A stretch of DNA of 64,000 nucleotides from contig NC_068989.1 in the NCBI RefSeq assembly GCF_001194135.2, positions 69,999,313-70,063,312 on the forward strand, read 5' to 3'. Below are positions 13,248 through 26,912 of this stretch, in pieces. Every line of letters starts with the position of its first letter. The first letter of the stretch is position 1. The notes below the pieces were generated by a model. It saw only the letters and a program-made list of their open reading frames with translations, was not told the origin of the DNA and did no database searches. The stretch comes from Octopus bimaculoides. Taxonomy: Eukaryota. The position numbers were made by a program, and so were the translations under genes.

Positions 13248-16200
13248 TATATGATATAATAGGCACAGGCATGACTGTGTGATTATGAAGTTTGCTTCCC
13301 AAATATATGGTCTTGGGTTCAGTCCTACTGTATAGCTCCTTCTACTATGGTCTCAGACTACCAAAGCCTTGTGAGTGAGTTTGGTTGATGGAAACTGAAA
13401 GAAGCTTGTCATGTGTATATCTTTGCTTGTTTCTCCTCATCTTGACATCACGTGATTGTTGTAAATGAGTGTTGTCACTGTCATACAAGGAATGTGATTC
13501 AGTTCCATTATTCTGCAAAAACATGTTGCTTGGCTGCAGTTAAGAGTAGGTGTCAGGAAAGGCATCTTCCCATAGAAAATATGCCTCAGTAAACTGTGCA
13601 ACTCATACAAGCATGAAAAAGTGGATATCATGATGATGGTATATATGTGTGTGCGTGTGTTCACGCACATGTACACTCACACACAAAGAGCTTCTACACA
13701 GTTTCTATCTACCATCATTCACTCACAAGGCATTGATTGGCCCTGGGTTATAGTAGAAGACACTTGCCAAAGGTGTCATGAAGAAACTATATAGAAGGCT
13801 GTTCAGTGTGTGTGTGTGACAACTGGTATTGGTTTGTTTATATCTTTGTAACTTGGCAATTCCATAGAAGGGGGATTGATAGAATATACACCAGGGTGCC
13901 TTGTAAAATGCATTGGTGTGGGTACTGGTGCCACATAAAAGACACTGGTAATAGTGCCATGTAAAAAGCACCCAGTGCACTTTGTAGAGTGGTTGGCATT
14001 AGGAAGGATATCCAGCTGTAAAAACCAAGCTAAAACAAACTTTGGCCCCTAGCTTTGCCAGTTCCTGTCAAGCCGTCCAACCCATGCCTGCCAGTAAAAC
14101 AGACATTAAATGTTGATGATGACTTCCACTCATACAAGGTTTGATCTGATCTACTAAATCCAGTCACAATATTTAATGGCTCTCCACACAGTTTCTCTTC
14201 ACTTATTCCATTGACAAATGATGGCCAAGGTGCCATGCAGTGGGATTGAACCTGAAACTATGTGGTTATAAAGCAAGCTTCTCAACATGCAGAACCTTTT
14301 TTTTTTTTTTAATAATTATATTTCTTGGATCCTGTCAAGCCATCCAACCCATGCTAACATGGAATAGGGATGCTAAATACTGATGATAATAATGATGGTG
14401 ATGTTGTATTTTTGTCTGTCTTTTAGTTCAGGTTGTGATTTTTTAATTAAATTTAAAGAAACAAAATTAAGGCTTCAGGAGCTGCTCTTCACATTGGCTT
14501 GTTTAGATAATATTAATCTAAAAGTGAGATTTTTTGTTTGTTATTCTTAATCATTTTAGCATATACTACTACATATAGAAAAACATTTTCACTTTATAAT
14601 AGTTGGAATTACAAGTTCGGCTTGTTTTCATCTTCTTTATTCCTTTTTGTTTTGATACAACCATGGATTTATTCTAATCCATATCCAGTTTATAAAATGG
14701 AGGTGAAGCCTAAAGAGGATAAGCTTATGGATGACTTAAAAGTTCCAATCCATCTAAAGGTTACTGGCAAAAATTTCCCTTGATTTTTTTTGAGATTGTT
14801 GCACTATTGATGTCAGATCAAATTATTTGTTGGGAAATGTTAATGAATTTTTTAAATTACACAGCTAACAATAATAAAGAAAAATAAATTACTGGAGTTT
14901 GTTAATTCAATGTCATTCATGTGAAAAACTGTCAGTGTTAGTGATATGACATACGACTTCTCGTCATCACTGTTATATCTGAACTGTTATAATATCAAAC
15001 ATTCCTGATGTTCTCTTATTACTCTCCAACTGTATCTTCAACAAGCCACTCCACAATATCTCTATTCAATAGTTCCTATAACATGTACAATATGGCTGCG
15101 CATATGACATTCTTTCCAGACTGTTCTGCACGTGCTCATTTATACTAACTAGTATAGTTCACTTAGCCAATCATGGGGTGGGGTACAGATTCCACATACA
15201 ACAGTGAGTGTTAATATTAACATTCTTAACATATTTAATGTAGTGACTGTCAAAAATACTTGTGGTGTTGAAAGGACAATATTAGCTCATAGGCTAACAT
15301 TACTTTAAACTTCCATTGAGGAGGTCTTATACATCAGAAACATGTTAGAGTTGTCTCCCTGTTTTGAAGGGGAGGTTATGTTATTTTACTTGCTGGCTCT
15401 GGTGGAAGGACCAGTGCTCATGACCTCTGCAAGCTCTCCTAAACAGGTGAAATTCTTGCCATTAATGTTCCTCTTGAATCTTTGCACATCAACATCTTAT
15501 GGAAAGGCTTCGACTAAGATAGCATTCCATATGGCCAAGATTGTAGGAAGGAAGTCTGTGCACAGTAGTTAGTCTAAGGCCAGTGGAATGGACATTACAA
15601 GGATGATGAGAGGAGGAGAGATGAGTTGGTCAGGAGGTGGCATGTGCCTAGCCAGCTCCAAGGAGCAGAGGCCATTATAATAATAGTAGAAATGGCAGAG
15701 AGTAAAGACAGTATACCAGTGAGCCAGAGACAAGAGTTTGTCTACAGGTGACTTTATGCCCTTTAAAATGATTAAAATGATATTAATCATTGGGCTATTG
15801 TTATCTCATTCATACTATAAGTCTTTCTAATTAGATTTATTTTCTCATTACATTAAATCTGTTAACACTAATTCAACAATACTTTAGTCTCAAAGGATCT
15901 AGTTGTAAACAGACACAATGCAATCTATTTTTATTTCTTTTTTTTTTATCCAATATGCTTAAATATTTCATCATAGCAAGCTTTCCAAATGGTCTAGGTT
16001 TTCTGTTGCCTTTATTTTTTGGTTAAAGAGTAAAGAACAGACATGATTAAAATATCGTAAATTTACAAAATGACACATTTAATGGAAGATTTGATAGACT
16101 TGTACAACATGTTGTGGTAGTGGTTTGGTTTTCTTTTACATTCTCAATTCAAATCTCACTCAAAGAGTAATGAGAATAGTTAGTTAAATCAACCTCAATA

Positions 16201-16307
16201 TTTTATTGGTACAAAATTTTTTCAACTGCAAGAGGATGAAAGATGACGTCAACTCTGACAAGAGTTGAACTTTGTAACCTGGCATTCAAAGCACACTGTG
16301 AAACATA

Positions 16308-16540
16308 CAGGGCTGGCCAAAAGTCACCCAAGAGTAAATTAAAATTCCATAAATACTATCTGTAATTCTGTATTAACTCAAATGGAAAAATGTGTTGCTC
16401 AAGAAGGACTTCAGTTTGAACAATTTACATGATGTTTCATATTTAGATGCTTTTATTAAATTCATTCACTTGTTAAACATAATTAAATCTTGGAATTAAA
16501 TGGTTTTGATTTACTGTCAGTTGACTTTTGGCCAATCCTG
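16308..16540. mobile_element. Tc1/mariner-type MITE
   Basis: TA-CAGGGCTGGCCAAAAGTCA ... TGACTTTTGGCCAATCCTG-TA; internal KCVAQEGLQFEQF resembles a mariner/Tc1 C-terminus. Confidence 0.8.
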
Positions 16541-18460
16541 TATAGTCTAGCTTATTGACTCACTCCTTCTGTTTTCATACTCAGTGATCTAGTATACTGA
16601 TACAAGGCCATAAATTTACAGCTAAGAAGTAGAGTCTAGTAGACCCCAGTATATCACTGCTACTTTTACTTTTAATAGCTTAGTCAGAGGAAGAAGGGTT
16701 TTACCTATAAATCTTTTTCCAGGGTTGACAGGTAGGAGTCATCCTCTGATAGTAATTGAGGTGCAAATGCTTGCTATAAAGTTTGCAAAAAGTGTCAAAG
16801 GGCCAGATGGTGTTAAACCAGACAATGGATTAAATCAACTCATTATATTGACCCTGGAAAGAAGAAAGGCAATATATTTTGACAATGTAAACAGACATAA
16901 CTAAGGCACTTTCAGTTCAGTCCATTATCATTTCTGTAGCTCTCCAGCCTCTTGTTTCCATATAAAATTTCTTTAAATTCTTTCACTTTAGTAATTAACT
17001 TAAGAATCTGTGAAACATTTGATTAGAATATTTTCCTCTCATTCAATTTAATCACTCAAACTTATTTAATTCACCATGAATTTTCTTCTACTGCATGGCC
17101 AGATTTCACTGTCATCAAATTATCACCACCTTAACATTACTTACTGGAGTAAATTAATATTATTTACTTAGAAAATTACTTTGGCTTCGTTCATAGACAG
17201 ACATTTTCTAAACATAGTATTTCAGCAACATTATACGACAGTATTTATTCATGGTTTGAAGACTGGAAGTTTTTATGTCCGAATTCATGTTAAATAAACT
17301 AAACAAATTTTGAAGTTATCATAAAATACTTCCACATTGTCATTTTCTTCTGCATTTGTAAGAAGCTTTCATAAATAATGAGAACATATTAATGGATATT
17401 TATCCTAGCTGAAGCGTTAAATGATCCATTCTTTTGAAAAATCTGCATTAAATATATTAATGGATGGTAATAAAAACAATTCAACTTAATGCTAGTGTAG
17501 AGAGCATTTTCTCAGTTTTAGTTAGGGAACTTTCCTTACTGCATCCTAAAATTTTAATATTGAATCTGAATGGTTTGAAAGCCACATAAATTATACAATG
17601 CTTTGAAATCGAGTATTGCACTTTGCTAAACTGGAAAAGGTTTTTTTCCTTTTATGCTGGTTGATTGAGAACAAATCAGTGTGTTAAAAATATCTATTTG
17701 TTTTACATGCTTTTCCTTCTCTCCTCCACTCTCACTACTGGCATGGATTAGGCATATATATTATTGAGGTATGGTTTTGCAGCTGGATACCCTTCCTGTC
17801 ACTAATGTGTATCTGCTTTTTTTCAAGTAAAAGATCTCTCATTCCAAATGTTTTCTATGGTGTGAGGTGAGCAGATTTGTTGACAGGAGAACTTTTAACT
17901 ACAGTATGACTCATATCAAGCAATGTTTGTTGCAAATGTAAACGAATGTGTAGATATGCATGCACACACGCTGTGCATATGAATACACACACACACACAT
18001 GCGTATATGACTTAGCGTTCTGTCGGTTTGACAACAAGGGTTCCAGTTGATCCAATCAATGGAACAGCCAGCTCATGAAATTAGCATGCAAGTGGCTGAG
18101 CACTCCACAAACACACATAACTTTAATGTAATTCCTAGGGAGATTCAGCATGACACAGAATGTAACAAGGCTGGCCCCTTAAATTACAGATGCTACTCAT
18201 TTTTACCAGCTGAGCAGACTGGAGCATGGTGAAATAAAATGTCTTGCTCAAGGATAAAATGAATACACATATCAAACGGGCTTCTTTCAGTTTCTGTCTA
18301 TCAAATTCACTTATAAGGCTTTTGATCAACCCAAGGCTACAGTACAAGACATTTGCCCACGACATTTGTACAGTGGGACTGACCTGAAACCTGAAGTATA
18401 TTAAAAACACACACACACACACACACATATATAGATATGAAGCTGTGGTTATGAATTGTG

Positions 18461-18780
18461 AAGGCACATGGCTTAGTAGTTAGGGTATTCAGCTCGCAAT
18501 CGTAGGATCGCAAGTTCGATTCCCAGCAATGCATTGTGTCCTTGAGCAAGGCACTTTATTTCAGTTGAGTGCTCCAGTCCACTCAACTGGCAAAAATGAG
18601 TAGTACCTGCATTTCAGCCTTGTCACACTCTGTGTCATGCTGAATCTCCCTGAGGACTACATTAAGAGTTCATGTGTCTGTGAAGTTCTCAGCCATTTGC
18701 ACGTTAATCTCATGAGCAAGCTGTTCCATTGATCAGATCAACTGGAACCCTTGTCATCATAAGCGAAGGAGTGCCAGTTC
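18461..18780 (+). mobile_element. SINE family B copy
   Basis: aaggcacatggcttagtagttagggtattcagctcgcaatcgtaggatcgcaagttcgattccc ... gatcagatcaactggaaccc. Confidence 0.8.
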
Positions 18781-18960
18781 TTTTTGGTTCTGAATTAATA
18801 GTCGTTTCATAGTTTGAAGATTTAGTAAATACTTTTATGTCTTTCTTGACTTCATTGCTTTTTCTGAGGATGACACATCAGAAAAGGTTTGTCTAAGGAT
18901 TTTAAAACCAGTTAAGAGCAGATGCCCTTAAAGCCAGGAACTTTCCAGCTCCTCCTTGTC

Positions 18961-18997
<37 letters not shown>

Positions 18998-20193
18998 AAG
19001 TACTGTTATAATATTGGGTTTTATTTACAATCCAAAATAATAATTAATACTTTTTCCTATTGTTTCCATAATGTGAAGTTATTGATGAAGCAGTTATTCT
19101 ACTGGCACTGATTTTTTTTTTTTATCTTATGCTAACAATTCATTTATATTAAATTGGTTTGTAGTTTCTTATGAATCCTTTCCATTTTGAAATTGATGGA
19201 ATGTATTATCATTTCTACAAAAAATTGACTTCTTTGACATTTGAAACTTTATTATTCAGTCTTGAAAATACTTCGAAATATTTATTAAAAAATTTTTTTT
19301 TTAAGTTCTAACTTAAACATTAGTTTAGAGTGTGGTCTCCCTCACTGCTGAAGAAGTGAGATGAAAGTAAAATGTAAGCTAATGGAAAAAGTGAAATAGG
19401 AATATTGAAGTGGTGATTTTCATCATCATCATCATCTTCTTTTTAACATCCACTTATCCATGTTCACATGGTTTGGATGGAATTTGTAGAGAGTTGATGA
19501 CCCACCCTTACCTGTTTTCAAGCAAAATATTTCCTTATGGCCAGACATGGTTTTGTGGAAGATTGGAAATGAAGGATGTAACTTATATGACAGTGACAGT
19601 CATTTATAGCTATAACATGATATCAAGACAAGGAGACATTAACACATATATGTAAATACACACATATACAATAAGCTTCTTTCAGTTTCAGTCTATCATA
19701 TTCACTCACAAGGTGTTGGTCAGCCCATGGCTATAATAGAAGACACTTGCCATACAGTGAGACTGAACACAAAATCATGTGGTTGCGAAGCAAACTTCTT
19801 AACCATACAGCCTTGCTTGTACCTTGTACATGTTAAATTAAAGAAAATAAAACATTGGTCCAAACAAGCTAAGTAACATGTAAATTGAGAGACAACCATA
19901 TATTTTTCTGGCATCAAATTGTTGGTTTATATACTGTTTTGATTGATGTCTCATAAGCTTATTAATTGGGAGTGCAAACCAATATTGGTTCCTATCTCTT
20001 GTGTAGCAATTCTCAGTTGAATAATGTATATATTTCTGTAGTTAGTTATAACAAAAAAAAAAAAAAAAATGATTGTTATTCAACATTTTGTCATGTTTTC
20101 ATTATAGAAAATGACATTAAAACAGAGACGTATTGTACAATTCCATGTTTATTCTTCAGTAACAATCAATAAATTTTCATCTGTTTATTCTAG

Positions 20194-20442
20194 GTTATTG
20201 CTGCTGAACCTGTTCAACTGTTAATGAAGCTGAGAGTTTATTTGGCAAACATCTGGAATATCTGGGACACATGCGCCATCTTGTTTTTTTCATTAGGAGT
20301 GTGTTTGCGGTTCAACGCAGACACTTTACAAGCCTCTCGTCTTGTTTATATCGTAGATGTTGTTTTGTGGTACATTCGTATTCTTGAAGTGCTCAGTGTT
20401 AATAAATACCTTGGGCCATATTTGAAGATCATTTGCAAGCTG
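20194..20442 (+). CDS. trpm: TRPM channel internal exon (S2-S3 linker, S3, S4, S4-S5 linker)
   Basis: Acceptor ttattctag|GTT at 20193/20194; donor CTG|gtaagt at 20442/20443; 249 nt, phase 0-0. Translates VIAAEPVQLLMKLRVYLANIWNIWDTCAILFFSLGVCLRFNADTLQASRLVYIVDVVLWYIRILEVLSVNKYLGPYLKIICKL. WYIRxL...VNKYLGPY is the TRPM S4/S4-S5 signature. Confidence 0.95.
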
Positions 20443-20472
20443 GTAAGTATCTGTAACAAAATTAGTATAACT

Positions 20473-20762
20473 TTAACATTTTTGTTTACCAGATTTCTGC
20501 GTTTTGTTTCAATTAATTTTGAAAATAATGAAGAATTTAATAAAATTACTTTGTCATAAATTAACATGAAATTTTGATGGAAGGTGTTAACTTAGATTAC
20601 TTTTACCCTTTTGTTACCATATTTCTTTTGAAATACACTGCGTTTTGTTTCAATTAATTTTGAAATTGAAGAATTTAATAAAATTACTTTGTCATTATTA
20701 AGCTGAAGTTTGTATCATAGAACCATGGAACAGTTACAGGTGGGCTGGTATCAAAAGAGTTA
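20473..20762. mobile_element. piggyBac-like MITE family 1, partly duplicated copy
   Basis: Two consecutive copies of gcgttttgtttcaattaattttgaaa...aaaattactttgtcat, ending ggtatcaaaagagtta; begins about 30 nt after the exon donor at 20442. Confidence 0.65.
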
Positions 20763-21562
20763 CTGAGAAATTGTTAAATTATACAAAGAAAAAATAGATT
20801 TAAATTACAAAACTGTCTTTTACTGTTACTTTATGATGTGAATTTTAAGCTTAATCTGCTGTTCTGTATTCTGTGTTCAAATTTCACTGAAGTTGATTCA
20901 ATCAACTACAAAAATTGGCTTAGTTGAAAGAAAGCAATCAATCAATAAAGAGAAAACTTTTTTAACAAAACATTTGTTTTGGTAACAAAATGAATTGATT
21001 TTGGAGCTTTTGCTATGCACATTTACATTTCAAAACTGCTTCTATAAAAAAGATTTTTTTTCAGACATTTTAGCAATGGTTTTGTCTAGGTCTATTGACT
21101 AGCATTTGAATTATTTTTCACTCTACATATGGAATAATTTATTTTATTCATATTGTAAAACCCAGCTAAATGTTATGCAGTTGAAGATTTTAGTCTCAGC
21201 AGATTTGAAGTTTTTTGTCATGGTTATTATATTGTTCTACACTCAGGCACCACAGTATTCTACTTGATATTTAGTGTGGGTCATCAGAGACAATTGTTAG
21301 CATTCTGATATAATTTTGGTGATTTGAGCCATAGAATACATTCAGTTGCATAAGACTTTTAAGAACAGGTAAATGCTTGAATTTTCACAGGCAGCTTTCA
21401 ATTCTTGCAAAACATGGAATAGATTTTTTCTTTTTAGGAAAAAACTATAAGTATAGAACTTGAATAATTTTTGTCACTGATTTTCTAAAAAGAAAATAAT
21501 AATAATTACAGAATATGAAATCTTATTTATTAATATATTTATTTTTTTTGTTTCTATTTCAG

Positions 21563-21737
21563 CTGAGAGATATGTCATATTTCATCATCATCTTATTCAT
21601 AGTTTTAATCAGTTTTGGAATAGTGCGACAAGCTGTACACTATCAACATGAAGATCCTTCCTGGCACATTGCACGCAATGTCTTCTTTTATCCATACTGG
21701 ATGATCTATGGAGAATTGTTTGCTGAAGAAATAGATC
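21563..21737 (+). CDS. trpm: TRPM channel internal exon (S5, pore helix, selectivity filter)
   Basis: Acceptor ctatttcag|CTG; donor GAT C|gtaagt; 175 nt, phase 0-1. Translates LRDMSYFIIILFIVLISFGIVRQAVHYQHEDPSWHIARNVFFYPYWMIYGELFAEEID, matching the TRPM1/3/7 PYWMIYGEVFA pore motif. Confidence 0.96.
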
Positions 21738-22424
21738 GTAAGTTAGCAATATTTTTTAAACCTATTTTTAAAAATTTCTCTTGCTCAGCTTACATTATCT
21801 CGGTTTTAGTTAGATTTTTTTTCCTTACTGAATTCTAAAACTTACTACTAATGGTTTCAGAGCCACATCAAATACATAGTGCTTTAAAATCAAGTACCAC
21901 ACTTTACTATACAGAGAAATGTTGTTTTTTTTTTTCACTCTTCTCCTGAACTTTGATTAGATGAGGGAAACAACAGTATGTTAAAAGTTATAAGTGGTAG
22001 TTCTGAATTATTCTGAGTTAATGATCACTTCTCAGAAAAAAGCTATTCGATAACTTTTTTTTTTTTTTGACTATTGGTTTAGTATTGATTAATTGTCTTT
22101 TGAGGAGACAGTTTCTTTTTGGATTTAAAATTATGCAGATAATAATTATCTTGGAAATAAGTAGATTAAAGTTGTCATCATTATCGACATCATCATTTCA
22201 ACATCTACTTTTCCATACTTGCATGGGTCAGATGAAATTCATTGCAGGAAATTTTCTCTGGCTCGATGCCCTTCCAGTTTCCAAGCTAGTTAATATTTTC
22301 CTGCAACCCTTCAAATACAAACACAATGGCTAGACATGTAGGCAAGAAAACACAAACACCCATGCATACATAACTACATATATATATCTGACTATGTATG
22401 TATGTATACACACACACATATATC

Positions 22425-22740
22425 ATCATCATCATTGTCGTTTAACATCTGCTTTCCATGCTAGCATGGGTTGAATGGTTTGACTGAGGACTGGCAAGCC
22501 AGAAGGCTGCACCAGGCTCAAATCTGATCTGGCAAGGTTTCTACAGCTGGATGCCCTTCCTAAAGCCAACCACTCCAAGAGTGTAGGGGGTACTTTTTAC
22601 ATGCCACTGGCACAGAAGCCAGTCAGGCAGCACTGGCAATGACCACGCTTGAATTGTGCTTTTTACATGCCACTGGCACCAGTCAGGCGGCACTGGCAAC
22701 AACCACACCCGAATGGTGCTTTTTACTACAACCCCCACTC
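22425..22740 (-). mobile_element. SINE-like family D (RTE-like tail ending in (GAT)n)
   Basis: catcatcat...tttaacatctgctttccatgctagcatgggttg...tttctacagctggatgcccttccta. Other copies at about 4471-4564, 13930-14125, 22980-23215(+), 24055-24450, 34970-35320, 37666-37760 and 45365-45640. Confidence 0.75.
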
Positions 22741-22812
22741 TCAAGTCTTTCCTATATTTCACGGATATGTCTCAGCACATCTTTACCTCCATCTCTTTCA
22801 CTATTGCTCACT

Positions 22813-22886
22813 TTATCTTACTCTCTCACTCACCTGCTCTCCTTATCTTACTCTCTCACTCACCTGCTCTCCTTATCTTACTCTTT
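22813..22886. repeat. 30-bp tandem repeat (about 2.5 copies)
   Basis: Unit ttatcttactctctcactcacctgctctcc. Confidence 0.85.
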
Positions 22887-23260
22887 AACTTGTTCTATCT
22901 ATCTATGTATCCCACTCTACAGGAAAACACCTGCCACAATGCTATTCCCCCATTCCCAGCCAATCATTTTTGTCTTGCATATTGCTTGGCGCTGATGCCA
23001 TGTAAAAAGCACTGGTGCCAGTGTCACGTAAAAAGCACTGGTGCCAGTGTCACATAAAAAGCACTCAATACCCTCTGTAAAGTGGTTGGCATTAGGATGA
23101 GCATCCAGCTATAGAAACCATGCCAAAACAGACAGGTAGAGTCTGGTGCCTTAGCTGCTCCTATCAAACCATCCAACCCATGCCAGCATAAAAAACAGAT
23201 AAGTGATGATGTTGGTGTTTGTGTATGTGCATGTGTGTATAAATGTTGTGTATGTTTATA

Positions 23261-23291
<31 letters not shown>

Positions 23292-24054
23292 TTATATAGC
23301 TGTACATGTGTGTGTGTGTATATATATATATATATTTATATAGCTGCAATGTGTGTGTGTGTATATATATATGTGTGTGTGTATGTATGTAAATATATAT
23401 GCATACATATATAGCTATGTATGTATTTATATGCACAAGGAAAATATTAATAGTATCTTCAACAATGTAATGACAGTAAGTCAAAACTTGAAAATCACTG
23501 TCAACCTTTCCTTCTAAAATAAATAACTATGTTACTCTACTGAAAAGTATAGAGTGATCTTTCAGTTCAACATTTGGCTGCTTTATATATAGCTTTACGT
23601 AAAAAAAAAAATCCATTAATTTGCATGAGCATGTTTGTGTTTTTACATTGGATGGGCTTCTTTTCAAAATGACTTATACACACACACACACACGCATATA
23701 TATATATATATATATATATATANNNNNNNNNNNNNNNNNNNNNNNNNNNNNNNNNNNNNNNNNNNNNNNNNNNNNNNNNNNNNNNNNNNNNNNNNNNNNN
23801 NNNNNNNNNNNNNNNNNNNNNNNNNNNNNNNNNNNNNNNNNNNNNNNNNNNNNNNNNNNNNNNNNNNNNNNNNNNNNNNNNNNNNNNNNNNNNNNNNNNN
23901 NNNNNNNNNNNNNNNNNNNNNNNNNNNNNNNNNNNNNNNNNNNNNNNNNNNNNNNNNNNNNNNNNNNNNNNNNNNNNNNNNNNNNNNNGCCTTTTAGCAG
24001 TTGAAATATGTCACAAACATATTTTAACTAACCTAAATTTTGCATATATATATA

Positions 24055-24445
24055 TATCATCATCATCATCATTTAACATTTGTTTTCCATGCTGTCATGG
24101 GTTGGACGGTTTGACTGAGGACCTGCAAGCTAGTAGGCTGCACCAGGCTCCAATCTGATCTGGTAAGGTTTCTACAGTTGGATTCCGTTCCTAAAGCCAT
24201 CCACTCTGAGAGTGTAGTGGGTGCTTTTTACATGCCACTGGCATAGGAGCCAGTCATGGAGCACTGGCATCAACCACGTTTGGATGGTACTTTTTATGTG
24301 CCACCAGCACAGTGCCAGTCAGGGGGCACTGGCATTGACCATATTCGGATGATGCTTTTTATGTGCCACCGGCATGGGGAGCCAGTCAGGTAGCACTAGC
24401 ATCGACCCATGCTCAAATGGTGCTTATTACGTGCCACCAGCATAG

Positions 24446-24450
<5 letters not shown>
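24055..24450 (-). mobile_element. SINE-like family D copy with internal ~66-bp tandem units
   Basis: About 3.5 diverged units of gtgctttttacatgccac...gagccagtca...gcactggcat..accac...ggatg at 24221-24445. Confidence 0.7.
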
Positions 24451-24483
<33 letters not shown>

Positions 24484-26912
24484 AATGAGGTTCACTAATG
24501 ATTCTTTAATGCTGTTATTACCATTTTTTTTTTTAATATACTGCTTTGTTTCAATTAATTTTGAAAAAAATTAAAAATTTGATAAAATAGTGAGGTCATT
24601 TATTAAGTTGGTGTTTGGAACATAAATTAACATAGAATTTTGAAGGAAGGTTGTTATTTAAAACACTTAAAAGCAGAAAATTTGTCCCATAGAATCAGGC
24701 ACACTGGTCTTAAGTAGGTTGGTATCAAAAGAGTTAAAAGCGTCCTGATGGAAGAGAACAGGAACAAAAAAATTAATTTGAACTACAAACTATGATTTGA
24801 CATACTCTCGAATGATTGGCAATTGTTAAACTAGTTTGTATCAATATTTCTACCAATGACTTAAATTTGCTGTGTTGAATTTTTTTGAATTACCTCCAAG
24901 TCAGAAGATAACTTATTTTTCTGTCCAAATCAATGACTGTATTTATTACTTCTATTTACATATGCTCTCTAAATGTCACTTCTTATTGCATACACGGAAG
25001 CAGATATTTTTGGCCATAGTTAAAAGCACAGATGTGTATTTTATTTATGTATCTCAAATTGTGAACAATAGCATTGTTGGTTTATAGGTTTCCAATAGGC
25101 CTATCACTGGTTTACTGTACATATTCCTGACAGCAGTGAACTAGTGAGAGCAACAAAGGAGTATTAATAACACAGGGGACTTAGTTACTAAACTGCCAGC
25201 TTTCCACTTTTCTTTTGGTGTTTATGTTTATATCTTTCACTGATATATATCAATGAAAAATATACACATGCCTAATGTGTTCACACACAGATATCTGTGT
25301 GTGTATACATATGCATACACACATTGGTGTGTGTGTATGTATATGTGTATTTGTATGTATATACGTATTTGTATGTATGTATATGTATTTATATGTATGT
25401 AGATGTACTTAGGTGTGTGTATATATTTGTGTATGTGTATATATATATATGTAATGCACATAAGATTTTATAAGATAAAATTAGCAAAGTTTTAAAAAAA
25501 GGTATAAAAGATTTAAAACAAATAAACTCTAAAAATACTATCAAAGAAATTCAGGAACAACTTTCTTTTATACCATTTCAATAATCTAAAGTACATGCAA
25601 GGTTAAACTAAAAGATGGAACGCCTAAAGCAACATAACAAATGACTATTTAAAAATAAATTGAATTAGTTATGAAACATTGTCTTCAAGATTAAAGCTTT
25701 GTTTGAATAATCTTGTAGAATGTCCATATTATGCATGAATAAATGTAGCGTATGTTGATTTGTACATTCATATATAAATATATACATACAAGGAATATAT
25801 GGAGTTAAATTATCCAGGTGGGTACCATACAAGCACTCAGTTATAATCTAGTTTCAGGCTGATTACATTGAGTAGTAAGTAACACCTAGGATTACTTAGG
25901 GTGAGCAATCTGGGTGTCATTTATTATGAATATTAAGATTGGTACATCTGCGTATTACAGTTAATTATACAGCATAATTAGTTTATTTATATATATACAT
26001 CCTCATTCGTTCATTCCACTGTTCGTTCTTTTGTTCCCCCTCATTCACATTTCCTTGCTTTCTCTTCTCCCTCCACTTTTCACTTCCCTGTGTCCCTGTC
26101 ATTTTTCTTGCCCCTCCCTAATTCTTTTGTCTCTCTACCTCTCCCTCTTCTCTTCTCATGTGTCCGGTGGTCGGCCAAGCCTGACCTTTCTTTTTTTGGA
26201 CAGCCGTTGTGCATGAAACATCGTTATTTCTTCCTGTGCCTGTGAAATTTTGTATCCCGGCTGTAAGGCCTTATTTCCATATACGCCAGCTTAATTTTAT
26301 TCATCCTTAGTTGAAAGACATCTGTTGTTATGTCCCGTTATTATTCCTACTGTATTTGTGTAACATTGTTCGTTATTTTCCGTCCTTGTTTTTGTATACA
26401 TTCGCTGCTTTCTTCCAAGGAATCTAATGCTCTTAGCTTAGTTTTCCCTTGGGGCTGGCCAGATTGGAGCAATATCGAGAATAACCAGCCGAAATTACAA
26501 AGATAATCTGGATCTCGACTGAAGAGAGAAAACTCTGAATGACACGTCTGTNNNNNNNNNNNNNNNNNNNNNNNNNNNNNNNNNNNNNNNNNNNNNNNNN
26601 NNNNNNNNNNNNNNNNNNNNNNNNNNNNNNNNNNNNNNNNNNNNNNNNNNNNNNNNNNNNNNNNNNNNNNNNNNNNNNNNNNNNNNNNNNNNNNNNNNNN
26701 NNNNNATATATATATATATATAATGTGTGTGTGTATGGTTGAGATATATATGTGTGTGTAGTGTAATATATGGATTCATAGAATAGTGTGGCTACCACAG
26801 AAAGCTCCTCCAGTGGACTCATCTAGCAGATCGCATAGTAATCCAGTACAGAGGAGTATAATGCAGAGTTCCAAGCAGCTGAAATCCAGGTAATCTGATC
26901 AAGGAAATTATT

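Noticed and set aside
17200-17650. Possible hAT transposase remnant (NASVESIFSV)
   Set aside because: One short motif only; too weak to call.
26515-26550. CTGAAGA-GAG-AAAA-CTC-TGAAT as a hammerhead ribozyme
   Set aside because: Extra base before GAA, no GAAA and no stem III. It lies in an unclassified repeat cut by a gap.
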